Part shown: positions 14,407 to 23,732 of the stretch, piece after piece | Layout: the number at the start of each line of letters is the position of its first letter | Numbering within the stretch: position 1 is the stretch's first letter | DNA from: a virus | Strand: one strand, 5' to 3' | Length of the DNA stretch: 39,090 nt | IMG/VR virus record: IMGVR_UViG_3300013901_000002 | Program-made: the position numbers and the translations under genes | Notes under the pieces: generated by a model | What the model was told of the DNA's origin: nothing | Database searches by the model: none | Seen by the model: only the letters and a program-made list of their open reading frames with translations

Positions 14407-14946
14407 ATGGGCATCACAAAACTCAAGGATATCGACACGAGCGGCCTGAGCGAGGCCGACCTGCAGACGCTGCAGGCGACGGAGGCGCGATACGAGGCTG
14501 CAGAAAAGCACCGGCCGCTGACGGTCGGCGAGGTTGCCGGGATGCTGATCCGGCAGCAGATCAACACGCTGGCGGTGGACGACCAGACGGCGCTGCGGAT
14601 GATCGAGTTTTATCCGGCGTGGAAGAGCGGCAAGGCCTACGCAGCGGGCGACAAGTTTGTCTCCGGCGGCAAGCTCTACAAGGTGCTGCAGGCGCACACG
14701 TCGCAGGAGACGTGGGTGCCGGGCGCAGCGGGGACGGAGAGTCTGTACGAGCGCATCGACGAGGAGCACGACGGTACAAAGTACGATCCGATCCCCTACG
14801 ACGGAAACATGGCGCTCGAAAACGGCAAGTATTACACGCAGGGCGGCGTGCTGTACCACTGCACGCGCGACACCGGTAATCCCGTCTACCACGCGCTGAG
14901 CGAGCTTGTGGGCATCTACGTGGAGGTGGTCAGCGATGGCGACTAA
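14407..14946 (+). CDS. Tail-associated protein with a CBM5/12-like carbohydrate-binding motif
   Basis: ATG at 14407 follows TAGGAGGG. The product contains YPAWKSGKAYAAGDKFVSGGKLYKVLQAHTSQETWVP. Confidence 0.65.
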   Translation: MGITKLKDIDTSGLSEADLQTLQATEARYEAAEKHRPLTVGEVAGMLIRQQINTLAVDDQTALRMIEFYPAWKSGKAYAAGDKFVSGGKLYKVLQAHTSQETWVPGAAGTESLYERIDEEHDGTKYDPIPYDGNMALENGKYYTQGGVLYHCTRDTGNPVYHALSELVGIYVEVVSDGD

Positions 14947-15949
14947 GGTGCTGGTCAAGGACGGGAAGCTTGCGACGTATGGGGGGAAGGTCGTGGAGGT
15001 GGAGGCCGGGGCAGATATCGGCCTCGGGATCACAGGCGCAGCAGCCGGGAAGCTGGTAAAAATTGTAACAGTCGACGAAAACGGCGTCCCGACAAAGCTG
15101 GGCACGGGGAGCGCAGTGCTCGCCGCCGCTCCGGCGTTTGCCGCAAGCGTCGCGGCGATGACGGACACGAGCAAGGTGTACATCGGGGCCAATGGGCATC
15201 TGTGGGCCTATCAGCAGTCGACCGAGCAGCAGGCAGCTGCAGAGAATGTTTTTTCAAAGTCCGGCGTGCAGCTCAACATGCGGCTAAAGACAAACGGCGT
15301 AGCTACTGGCGCGCAGGACGGCATGGCGATCTCCGACTTTATTCCGGTGGACCTCAGCACAGACCCGTTCTGGGTCTGGTTCAAGGGTTGGAATCTGAAG
15401 GCTTCGGAAGGATGGAGCTTATACACCAAGGTGTATTATTACGATTCTAGTAAAGCGTGCCTCGGTGGCTACGACATGAGCGTCCCGCCCGCGACGCTGA
15501 ATTACATCAACATGATCGACGATGGGGATTACAAAAAGTTTAAGGCGGGGTATGCGGAGACAACTGCTATGGATGCGTCCACTGAGGCAAAACTGAGCTT
15601 TTACTCCAATATCAAGTACATCCGTTTTAACATGCTCGTGGTCCCCGGCAGCACCAGTCCCGCAGCGGCGACGGAGTCGAATCTGGATGGGATCGGAATC
15701 TATCTCAACCAGAACCCGAACGAGACGTCCGAAGTGGTGACGAACGCATGGGCAGATACCGGCATTACCTACGCGCAGACGGCGCTGACGCAGGCGGACA
15801 AGGAAGCGATTGCCGAGATCGTGCTGGAGCAGCTGGGCAGTCCTTACGTCACGGCCGCCAATGTGTTGGGAATGCCGGAGAGCGGGACAATCGTGTATGC
15901 GGATGCAAGCGGTGTGCTCCCCGATGCGGAGCCGATCGGGGAGGTATAG
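14936..15949 (+). CDS. Tail/receptor-binding module protein, hypothetical (337 aa)
   Basis: ATG at 14936 follows GGAGGTGG and overlaps the preceding stop. Confidence 0.6.
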   Translation: MATKVLVKDGKLATYGGKVVEVEAGADIGLGITGAAAGKLVKIVTVDENGVPTKLGTGSAVLAAAPAFAASVAAMTDTSKVYIGANGHLWAYQQSTEQQAAAENVFSKSGVQLNMRLKTNGVATGAQDGMAISDFIPVDLSTDPFWVWFKGWNLKASEGWSLYTKVYYYDSSKACLGGYDMSVPPATLNYINMIDDGDYKKFKAGYAETTAMDASTEAKLSFYSNIKYIRFNMLVVPGSTSPAAATESNLDGIGIYLNQNPNETSEVVTNAWADTGITYAQTALTQADKEAIAEIVLEQLGSPYVTAANVLGMPESGTIVYADASGVLPDAEPIGEV

Positions 15950-15950
15950 C

Positions 15951-17075
15951 ATGGCGTATGTGTACAAAGGCCTTATCCCAGAAAATATAGCCCCGCCGGG
16001 GGCGACGGGGCTGCGGCTTACGAACAAGCGGGGGACTGCGGTCGCCTCGTCGAAGCTGCCGCAGCGGATGAAATATCCAAGCAGCGGACGGCAGTATAGC
16101 TTCCTCGCGTTGTCGGATGTGCATATCACATACAACACAGCGGCAGAGGACTTCCAACGCGCGCTGCAATTCGCGGAAAACAACGACGTCAAATTTACCT
16201 GCATCTGCGGGGACCTGACTGACTATGGAACACCGGCCCAAATGAGCCAATACAAGGCGATCGTCGACGCAAACGCGCCAACAAAGCCGGTGTATGCGAT
16301 CGCTGGGAACCACGAAACAATCAACGCGGCAGTTGTGGACAGTTATATCCAGCAATATACCGGTAAACCTCTGTACTACTCCTTCGGCGTCGGTGCGGAC
16401 GGTGCGCTGAAAGAAAATGACTTTTCGCACGCCGTGAAAACCTACGGTGATACCGTGCAGGATGTTTTTGTGATGGTCGGAAATTACGCCTGCTATGACC
16501 AGACGGTAAAGGATTTCCTGCCGGGGGAACAGTTTTCAACGGCGGAACTGCAATGGCTGTACGAGACGCTGGAGGCAAATAGGAGCAAGCGCTGCATCGT
16601 GTTTCAGCACATCTTCCCATGGGGCGGAGTCGGGAATGCCGGGGGCTATTACAAGTCCAATTTCTGGCGGGGGAGCACCGAGGGTACACAAAAACAAGCG
16701 AATTGTTTCGAAGCACTCATGAAGCACTACAAGAACGTGATCTGGTTCCACGGGCATTCCCACCTGAAATTTTATCTGCAGGAGATCGACAAAAGGGCAA
16801 ATTATTCCGCCGAAGATGGCTACCGCTCCGTACACATCCCGTCACTGTCCGTACCGCGGGATATCCAGAGCGGCGCGCTTACGACGATCTACGCAGACTC
16901 CGAGGGTTATCAGATCGATGTTTTTGCGGGCAATCTGGTGCTGCGGGGACGAGACTTTATCGACAACGGCAACGACGGGACATGGCTGCCGATCGCGACG
17001 TACAAGATCGATACGCCAATCACAGAGGTATCCGCCGGAACCTTTACAGACCCGTCTGGGATCATCACGACATAG
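15951..17075 (+). CDS. Calcineurin-like metallophosphoesterase
   Basis: Motifs LSDVH, GDLTDYG, GNHE and HGHSH occur in canonical order. The ATG follows GGGGAGGT. Confidence 0.85.
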   Translation: MAYVYKGLIPENIAPPGATGLRLTNKRGTAVASSKLPQRMKYPSSGRQYSFLALSDVHITYNTAAEDFQRALQFAENNDVKFTCICGDLTDYGTPAQMSQYKAIVDANAPTKPVYAIAGNHETINAAVVDSYIQQYTGKPLYYSFGVGADGALKENDFSHAVKTYGDTVQDVFVMVGNYACYDQTVKDFLPGEQFSTAELQWLYETLEANRSKRCIVFQHIFPWGGVGNAGGYYKSNFWRGSTEGTQKQANCFEALMKHYKNVIWFHGHSHLKFYLQEIDKRANYSAEDGYRSVHIPSLSVPRDIQSGALTTIYADSEGYQIDVFAGNLVLRGRDFIDNGNDGTWLPIATYKIDTPITEVSAGTFTDPSGIITT

Positions 17076-17085
17076 GAGGCCAAGC

Positions 17086-17217
17086 ATGATCTACTTTGTA
17101 CCGGGGATGTACATCGAGGAGGGGATGCGGTACACCGATGGGGTGCGGCGGTATATCGCGATCCGGTCTGGGCAGGCGGAGAGCCTGACGGACGAGACTT
17201 ATTTTGAGGCGCTTTAG
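17086..17217 (+). CDS. 43-aa hypothetical protein upstream of the lysis genes
   Basis: ATG at 17086 follows TAGGAGG. It translates MIYFVPGMYIEEGMRYTDGVRRYIAIRSGQAESLTDETYFEAL. Confidence 0.5.
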   Translation: MIYFVPGMYIEEGMRYTDGVRRYIAIRSGQAESLTDETYFEAL

Positions 17218-17235
17218 CGCCGGGAGGAGGACAAG

Positions 17236-18291
17236 ATGCAGCAGTATCAGTGCCTGCTGGTAGCCAACGAGTGCTACAAGCGCGGGCGTTTGATGACGCC
17301 GACCAAGATCGTGGTGCACAGCACGGCGGCCAACAACACGAGCATCAGCAGGTATGTGCAGCCCGTGCCGGGGCAGACGGAGGGCCTCGCGCAGTATCAG
17401 CCGACGGAGCGGGGGCTGACGTGGGCGCAGACGAGGGAAATCCTCGGCGTCAACCGCTATAACAACGACTGGAACCGGAGCGGCCTGTACGTCTGCGTGC
17501 ACGCCTTTATCGGCAAGCTGGCCGACGGCAGCCTCGCGGTCTGCCAGACGCTGCCGTGGAAGATGCGGTGCTGGGGCGTCGGCTCAGGCCGCAAGGGCAG
17601 CTACAACGACTGTGCGATCCAGTTTGAGATCTGCGAGGACGACCACAGCGACGCGGCCTACTGCCGAGACACGTTTGAGCTGGCGGCGGAGCTGTGCGCG
17701 CACCTGATGCGGGCATACCCCACGATCACGGAGATCGTGTCCCACAACGAGGCCGGGCAGCGGGGCTACGGCTCCGACCACAACGACCCGGACAACTGGT
17801 GGCCGCGGCACGGCTACACGATGGGGATGCTGCGGCGGCGCGTGGCGGAGCTGATGGCGGACAAGCCGCAGCCGACGCCGGAGCCTGCGGCAAAAGAGAT
17901 CTACCGCATCCGCAAGAGCTGGGGCGACGCAGCCAGCCAGATCGGGGCGTACAGCGATCTCAACAACGCCATTGCGGCGTGCCCGACGGGCTACAGCGTG
18001 TACGGCCCCGGCGGCAAGGCGGTGTATTCCGGCGGAACGACCGTCCTGCCGGACAGCAAGGTACAGCCGCCGAAGCAGTACACGGCCGGATACCGGCGGA
18101 GCTACACCGTCAAAGCCAACGGCGGCCTCCACCTGCGCAAGGGGCCGGGCACGCAGTATGCGAGCCTCCGCGTGATGCCGGACGGGAGCCGGTGCAGCTG
18201 CTACGGATACCACACGGGCGAGTGGCTGTACGTCGTGGACGCAGCGGGCGTGACCGGGTACGCAAAGATCGAGTTTTTGGAGAGGGCGTGA
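17236..18291 (+). CDS. Endolysin: N-acetylmuramoyl-L-alanine amidase (Amidase_2-like) with C-terminal wall-binding/SH3-like domains
   Basis: The N-terminus reads KIVVHSTAANN... with ..VSHNEAG..SDHNDP. The middle YRIRKSWGDAASQIGAYSDLNNA repeat and the SH3-like tail YTVKANGGLHLRKGPG fit wall-binding domains. Confidence 0.8.
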   Translation: MQQYQCLLVANECYKRGRLMTPTKIVVHSTAANNTSISRYVQPVPGQTEGLAQYQPTERGLTWAQTREILGVNRYNNDWNRSGLYVCVHAFIGKLADGSLAVCQTLPWKMRCWGVGSGRKGSYNDCAIQFEICEDDHSDAAYCRDTFELAAELCAHLMRAYPTITEIVSHNEAGQRGYGSDHNDPDNWWPRHGYTMGMLRRRVAELMADKPQPTPEPAAKEIYRIRKSWGDAASQIGAYSDLNNAIAACPTGYSVYGPGGKAVYSGGTTVLPDSKVQPPKQYTAGYRRSYTVKANGGLHLRKGPGTQYASLRVMPDGSRCSCYGYHTGEWLYVVDAAGVTGYAKIEFLERA

Positions 18292-18295
18292 CCGC

Positions 18296-18607
18296 GTGGA
18301 TGCTGCAACAATCGTAGCGCTTGCCGTGCCGGTACTCGGCTTTGCGGGTACTTGCGTGACCGCGTGGGCAACGGTGAAGAAGGCAAGCAAAGAGTCCCAA
18401 AAGGCGCTGACGGCCCTGCAGGAGCAGATGAAACAGCAGCAGGAGCACGATGATGAGCAATACCTCGGCATCCTGCGGCTTACCATTATGTCCCCCGAGA
18501 TGCCGATCTCAGAGCGGCTGATCGCCGGGGCGAAGTACATCAAAAAGGGCGGGAACGGCGACGTAAAGCATTATTACGAACGCCTCGTCAAGGAACATAC
18601 CAAATAG
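18296..18607 (+). CDS. Lysis-cassette membrane protein (N-terminal TM), hypothetical
   Basis: It has a GTG start. The N-terminus reads DAATIVALAVPVLGFAGTCVTAWA, and it sits between the endolysin and holin genes. Confidence 0.5.
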   Translation: MDAATIVALAVPVLGFAGTCVTAWATVKKASKESQKALTALQEQMKQQQEHDDEQYLGILRLTIMSPEMPISERLIAGAKYIKKGGNGDVKHYYERLVKEHTK

Positions 18608-18619
18608 GGGGTACAGAGA

Positions 18620-18898
18620 ATGAAAATGCTGGAAATGATCATCCTGCTTTCCATGGTCATGTGGTACATCATCGACCGCGCAAAGCCCATGTGGGAAAGC
18701 CTGAAGAACGGCAAGTACATCACAATGGCGGTCTCCGCCGTGTTTGCCGGGATGCTGGCGGTCGGGTACCATCTTAATATTATTGCTGCGCTCGGCGTGG
18801 AGAACGGCCCGGAATGGCTCGGCATGGTGCTGACCGCACTGGTGCTGATGGGCGGCAGCTCCGCCGTGTCTGAGCTGATCACGCGCGTGAAGGGCTGA
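18620..18898 (+). CDS. Holin
   Basis: It is 92 aa with multiple TM segments and a GGSSAVSELI tail typical of Firmicutes phage holins. It is adjacent to the endolysin gene. Confidence 0.65.
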   Translation: MKMLEMIILLSMVMWYIIDRAKPMWESLKNGKYITMAVSAVFAGMLAVGYHLNIIAALGVENGPEWLGMVLTALVLMGGSSAVSELITRVKG

Positions 18899-18902
18899 TT
18901 CT

Positions 18903-20306
18903 TTGGGCGCGAGCATCAAGTTCCGCGCCCAACCCCACGCGGTTTCGGTCGATTTAGGCCGCCCGAATTCCAAGCCGCAGCGAGAGTTCTTTGCCTCGCG
19001 CGCCAAGTACACCTGTTACGGCGGCGCGCGAGGCGGCGGCAAAACGTGGTGCGTGCGCGCTAAAGTAGTCGGCGGGGCGCTGGCCTATCCGGGCATCAAA
19101 ATTCTTGTGATACGACGCGCTTACGAGGACTCCAAGCCGACGATCATCGAGCCGATCCGCCAGATGGTCCCGCAGGAGCTGGCGACGTACAACGAGACAC
19201 AGCACCAGATGTTCTTTGCCAACGGCTCGCAGATCAAGTTCGGCAATATGCCGGGTTACGGCGCGGCCGTCGCCGGTAAATATCAGGGTCAGGAATACGA
19301 TTGGATTTTCATGGACGAGGCGACACAATTCACGGAATCCGAATTCCGCGGCATTGCGGCCTGCCTCCGCGGCGTGAATAAAATCCCGAAGCGCTTTTAC
19401 CTGACCTGTAACCCCGGCGGCATCGGGCACGCGTGGGTCAAGCGCCTGTTCATTGAGCGGCGTTTCAAGGACGGGGAGAATCCCCGCGATTATAAATTCA
19501 TCAAGGCCACGGTCGAAGACAACGTCGACCTGATGGAGACGCAGCCGGACTATCTGGCGGCTCTGGAGCTGCTCCCCGAAGATATTCGCCGCGCTCATCG
19601 TTACGGCGACTGGGACGCGCTGGCCGGAACGTACTTCTCCGAGTTCCGCGAGGCGCTGCACGTCTGCGCGCCGTTTGAAATCCCGGCTGCATGGCCGAAG
19701 TACCGCGCATTTGACTACGGCCTTGATATGTTCGCGTGTCTGTGGGTAGCCGTGGATGAGACAGGCCGGTGCTATGTTTATCGAGAATTCGCAGAGTCCG
19801 ATCTTGTGGTGTCGGCTGCCGCAGAAGCGATGCAGGCGTGTACTCCCATGGGCGAGAAGGTCGAGTATACGATTGCCCCGCCGGACATGTGGAACCGTCA
19901 GAAGGACACTGGCAAGAACATGGCAGAGCTTTATATGCAGGCCGGGATCGGGCTTGTGCGGGCGTCCAACAGCCGCGTGCAGGGCTGGATGGCGCTGAAG
20001 GAACTGCTCAAACTGCGGCCGGACGGAAAGCCGGGCTTGATCATTTTTGAAAACTGTAAGGGGCTGCGGGAATTCCTGCCGCTGCTCCAGCACGACGAAG
20101 CGAACCCGTCTGACGTCTCCAAGCAGCCGCACGACATTACGCACATCCCCGACGCCCTGCGTTACTTTGCGGTTATGCGCACGCTGCCCGCAAAGGTGCT
20201 GCGCGCGGAGCTTCCGGGCGACGATCTGCCGGAGCAGCATGTGACGGCATACGATGCCGCAATGTGCGGCGGGCTGCCGACGGACAGCTATATCAACTAT
20301 CGATAG
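18903..20306 (+). CDS. terL: Terminase large subunit
   Basis: A Walker A-like YGGARGGGKTW, a Walker B-like DWIFMDEA and C-terminal nuclease-type motifs are present. The TTG start is uncertain. Confidence 0.85.
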   Translation: MGASIKFRAQPHAVSVDLGRPNSKPQREFFASRAKYTCYGGARGGGKTWCVRAKVVGGALAYPGIKILVIRRAYEDSKPTIIEPIRQMVPQELATYNETQHQMFFANGSQIKFGNMPGYGAAVAGKYQGQEYDWIFMDEATQFTESEFRGIAACLRGVNKIPKRFYLTCNPGGIGHAWVKRLFIERRFKDGENPRDYKFIKATVEDNVDLMETQPDYLAALELLPEDIRRAHRYGDWDALAGTYFSEFREALHVCAPFEIPAAWPKYRAFDYGLDMFACLWVAVDETGRCYVYREFAESDLVVSAAAEAMQACTPMGEKVEYTIAPPDMWNRQKDTGKNMAELYMQAGIGLVRASNSRVQGWMALKELLKLRPDGKPGLIIFENCKGLREFLPLLQHDEANPSDVSKQPHDITHIPDALRYFAVMRTLPAKVLRAELPGDDLPEQHVTAYDAAMCGGLPTDSYINYR

Positions 20307-20315
20307 GAGGGCAGA

Positions 20316-22223
20316 ATGGCAAGGATGCGGCAGCAGAGCCGTCAGACGACGGCCAACATCAGCAAGTTCCTCGGGCTATATGAAGCCGAGGACGGCGACA
20401 CGCAGCTGAAAGAGGGCGCGGCCGCGCTGATGGAAAATTTCCGCGTGACGGAGAACTTCCATATCCGGACGCGTCCGGGCATGGCGACGCGGCTCTATAC
20501 GCGCTCGAAGGTGCGCGGCATGTGGACGGGCTATATCAATGGCACGATCTGGGAAATGATCGTGGCCGGGAGCTTGCTTTATCTTTTCAACTCCGACGGC
20601 GTGCAGAAGTCCACGGCCGACGTAGAGGCCGGAACAGACCCCGTCTGCCTGTTCGATTTCGGCGGCATGGTGTACCTCCTGACCGGCAGCAAATACTATT
20701 TTATCACGGTCAATAACGAGGCGCTTTCCGTCGGCGTCGTCGGAGACCGGACGGCCTATGTACCCCTCGTGGTGACCGGAGCCGCGCCGAGCGGCGGCGG
20801 AACGACGCTGGAGCGTATCAACCGCCTGACCAACCGCAGGCGCGTGCAGTACAGCGCAGACGGCACGACGAAGGTCTATATCCTGCCGGAAGCCGGTACG
20901 GCGACGCGCGTCACGGTCAACGGGCAGCGGCTCGCGGGCGGCACGACGATCGAGGCGGGCAAGGTCACATTTGACACGGCCCCGGCGGCCGGAACGAATA
21001 ACGTTGAGATCGAATATTCCTACGGCACGAACGAGGTCGCGGCGCTTGCGAAGTGCCGTTACGCGGAAATGTACAACGGCGCGACGGATTCCCGCGTTTT
21101 CCTGTACGGCGACGGCACGAACATCTGCTATTATTCCGGCGTGACGGAGGCGGGCAAACCGAGCGCGCTGTATTTCCCGGCACTGAACGAGATCGCCGTG
21201 GCCGACAGCAACACGCCCATCACGGGCATGGTGCGGCACTATTCTCGCCTGATGGTGTTCAAGCCGGACGGCACGTTCGCCATCCGCTATGACACGCTCA
21301 CACTGGCAGACGGCAGCACGACGGCAGGATTTTATATCGCGCCCATGCACCGCGAGCTGGGCTCCGAAGCGATGGGGCAGGTCGTTACCGTGCAGAACTT
21401 CGCACGGACGTTCTGCGCCGGGTCTTTGTACGACTGGAAGCAGACGAGCAGCTATTATCAGGATGAACGGTATGCCCGCGTCTGCTCGGAGGCGGTACAG
21501 TTCACGCTTCAGGACGCAGACCCGTCCAAAATCTTCCTGTTCGACGATGACACGGAGCACACCTTCTACTGCTTCCTGAACGATGAGGCGGGCACGGTCC
21601 TCCTGAACGCCTATGAGCTGGGCGTCTGGTACAAGTACACCGGCTTCTTTGACGTGCACGCGATGATGCGCACGGCGGCCGGGCGGCTGTTGTTCGGTTC
21701 CAGCACGAACGTGCTCGAGCTGAGCGACCGCTACAGCTACGATTATATCCAGACCGGCCCCGCACCCGGTTCGGTCGACCAGACAGCGAAGACCTACGAG
21801 CGCCGCCCCATCAAATCGAAGTGGGAGAGTGGGCACATGGCGTTCGGCTCGGAATGCACGCGGAAGTATTCCTCGGTGCTGTGGGTGACGCTCAAGCCGA
21901 GTCTCGGGGCGGATATGCATATTTCGGCCCGCACGGACCGCCGCGCGACATACGCCGAAAAGCTCGTGGCTGCGAACCTGTTCGGCGGGTTCGGCTATGT
22001 CGATTTCCGCGCGTTTTCGTTTGAGACATACAGCGCGCCGAAGGTGCGGCGCATCAAGCTGAAGGTCAAGAAATTCGTGTACTACAAGCTCCTGCTGCAT
22101 GCGAATCTTGACGAGACGGCAACGACGGTCACGGAGCTTCCGACCGACGACCGCGAAAAGGGCGGCCGCGTGACCGTCCTGAACATCGACCAGCGCGTCC
22201 GGTATACGGGCGACGCCAAATAA
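20316..22223 (+). CDS. Large tail (tubular/nozzle-like) structural protein, 635 aa
   Basis: It has a strong RBS and beta-rich composition, and it sits ahead of adaptor-like and ejection-protein genes. The assignment rests on position and size only. Confidence 0.45.
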   Translation: MARMRQQSRQTTANISKFLGLYEAEDGDTQLKEGAAALMENFRVTENFHIRTRPGMATRLYTRSKVRGMWTGYINGTIWEMIVAGSLLYLFNSDGVQKSTADVEAGTDPVCLFDFGGMVYLLTGSKYYFITVNNEALSVGVVGDRTAYVPLVVTGAAPSGGGTTLERINRLTNRRRVQYSADGTTKVYILPEAGTATRVTVNGQRLAGGTTIEAGKVTFDTAPAAGTNNVEIEYSYGTNEVAALAKCRYAEMYNGATDSRVFLYGDGTNICYYSGVTEAGKPSALYFPALNEIAVADSNTPITGMVRHYSRLMVFKPDGTFAIRYDTLTLADGSTTAGFYIAPMHRELGSEAMGQVVTVQNFARTFCAGSLYDWKQTSSYYQDERYARVCSEAVQFTLQDADPSKIFLFDDDTEHTFYCFLNDEAGTVLLNAYELGVWYKYTGFFDVHAMMRTAAGRLLFGSSTNVLELSDRYSYDYIQTGPAPGSVDQTAKTYERRPIKSKWESGHMAFGSECTRKYSSVLWVTLKPSLGADMHISARTDRRATYAEKLVAANLFGGFGYVDFRAFSFETYSAPKVRRIKLKVKKFVYYKLLLHANLDETATTVTELPTDDREKGGRVTVLNIDQRVRYTGDAK

Positions 22224-22235
22224 GGGGGCAGAGAT

Positions 22236-22643
22236 ATGACGACCGGAAGAATGGTATTCGACATGGCCATTCACCTGATGGACGAGCAGAACGAATCGAC
22301 GGGCGCAACGCTCACGACCGACACGAAGGAATATGAGCTGCGCTCCGTGAATCTTTTGAACGTGCTGCGGCATCGGTGCTTCCCGTACAGCGACACGTTC
22401 CACGGCGGCGAGAACGGCAAGCGCGGCATCTGTCAGGCCATTTCCACGCTTGACGACGCGCTCGATCTGGATGACGCCGTCGCGCAGGGCGCGCTTCCTT
22501 ATGGGCTGGCGTCCCGGCTGCTTCTGGGGGAGAACGACGCGCTTGCGGATTTCTTCGAGCAGCTGTTTACCGAGGCGCTTGCCGCGTTGGGGAAGTCGTC
22601 CCCGGCACAGTTTGAGGACATCCCGCTTGCATACGGGCTTTAA
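22236..22643 (+). CDS. Small virion (adaptor-like) protein, 135 aa
   Basis: It has an AAGGGGG RBS. The assignment is positional. Confidence 0.45.
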   Translation: MTTGRMVFDMAIHLMDEQNESTGATLTTDTKEYELRSVNLLNVLRHRCFPYSDTFHGGENGKRGICQAISTLDDALDLDDAVAQGALPYGLASRLLLGENDALADFFEQLFTEALAALGKSSPAQFEDIPLAYGL

Positions 22644-22654
22644 GGAGGCATAGT

Positions 22655-23728
22655 ATGGCAAATACGATCAAAGAAACGCTCGGGGCCGACGGCGAAAACG
22701 GCCTGAAAAAGGTCGGCCGGACGACCGCAACGGCGTCTTCCGCGCAGTGGAGCGGCGCGCCTTATACGGCAGAGACGCAGAAAAGCGCAGCAAGCCCTAC
22801 GACGTCGGACTATGCCGGTATGCTGGGCGGCGTCGACTGGAACGATCCAAACAGCATCTATAAAACCTATGAACAGATCATCACGCGGCAGAACGACCCG
22901 ACAGACCTGAGCGACCTGATCAATCAGATGTACGACAAGAATCTGGAGGCCAGCAAGGCGCAGCTTGCCGGGAACTATGCCGGGATGCAGGAACGCTTCG
23001 ACGCCGAAAAGCAGCAGGCCGAAGAGAACGCCCGCCGCAAGGAAACGCAGTCCGCCATTGACGCGCAGCGCGCAGCGCAGGCGTGGAACGAGCAGAGTGC
23101 GGCCTACGGGCTCAGCAGCGGCGTACAGGGGCAGGCAGCGCTTGCCCGGTCGAATCAGCTCCAGTCTGATCTGACGGCCATCCGGACGGCGCAGCAGGCC
23201 GCAGACGCGGAGATCGAGCGACAGCGGTCGACGGCCGCGCAGGAGTACGAGGCGGCGCTGCGCGAGGCCATTGCCAGCAATGACTATAACCGTGCGACGG
23301 CCCTCTACGAGGAAGCCGTGCGTCTGGATCAGGCGTTCCGCGAGCAGGAGCAGACGACGGCCGAACAGGTAGCCAGCTATCTTTCCGGCCGTGCGGCCAC
23401 GGCTGGCAGCTACAGCTCCGGCGGTGGCAGCGGCTACAGCAGCGGCTCCGGCAGCAAAACGAGCGGCGGCAAGAAGCCGGATTACGACACGCTTGCCGGG
23501 CTTGTAGATTCCTATAACTCCGGCGGCTGGGATGCCATCATGCCGCAGCTCAGCTGGTACGAGGGCAACGGCTACGATATGGATTGGATATCCGATTACA
23601 TTTCGCAGTTCGGCGCGTCGCGCTATGACGGTTCGGCCGGACGCCGGACGAGCGGCAGCGGCTCCGCCGGTGCGGGCGGCGGTCACAACCTGATGCAGGG
23701 CAGGGACCGCACAAGCACGATGAGGTAA
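22655..23728 (+). CDS. Internal virion-like protein (Q/A-rich coiled coil, G/S-rich tail)
   Basis: It has an AAGGAGG RBS and lies upstream of the giant protein gene. Confidence 0.5.
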   Translation: MANTIKETLGADGENGLKKVGRTTATASSAQWSGAPYTAETQKSAASPTTSDYAGMLGGVDWNDPNSIYKTYEQIITRQNDPTDLSDLINQMYDKNLEASKAQLAGNYAGMQERFDAEKQQAEENARRKETQSAIDAQRAAQAWNEQSAAYGLSSGVQGQAALARSNQLQSDLTAIRTAQQAADAEIERQRSTAAQEYEAALREAIASNDYNRATALYEEAVRLDQAFREQEQTTAEQVASYLSGRAATAGSYSSGGGSGYSSGSGSKTSGGKKPDYDTLAGLVDSYNSGGWDAIMPQLSWYEGNGYDMDWISDYISQFGASRYDGSAGRRTSGSGSAGAGGGHNLMQGRDRTSTMR

Positions 23729-23732
23729 CGCG

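Noticed and set aside
12929-15949. Possible diversity-generating retroelement targeting the fibre or receptor-binding genes.
   Set aside because: No reverse transcriptase gene is present, and I found no template/variable repeat pair. The internal similarity in the fibre is an ordinary protein-level duplication.
20376-22661. 761-codon minus-strand ORF.
   Set aside because: It is antisense to two well-supported plus-strand structural genes. Its composition is R/A/P-rich junk typical of stop-poor antisense frames in GC-rich DNA, and it has no RBS.
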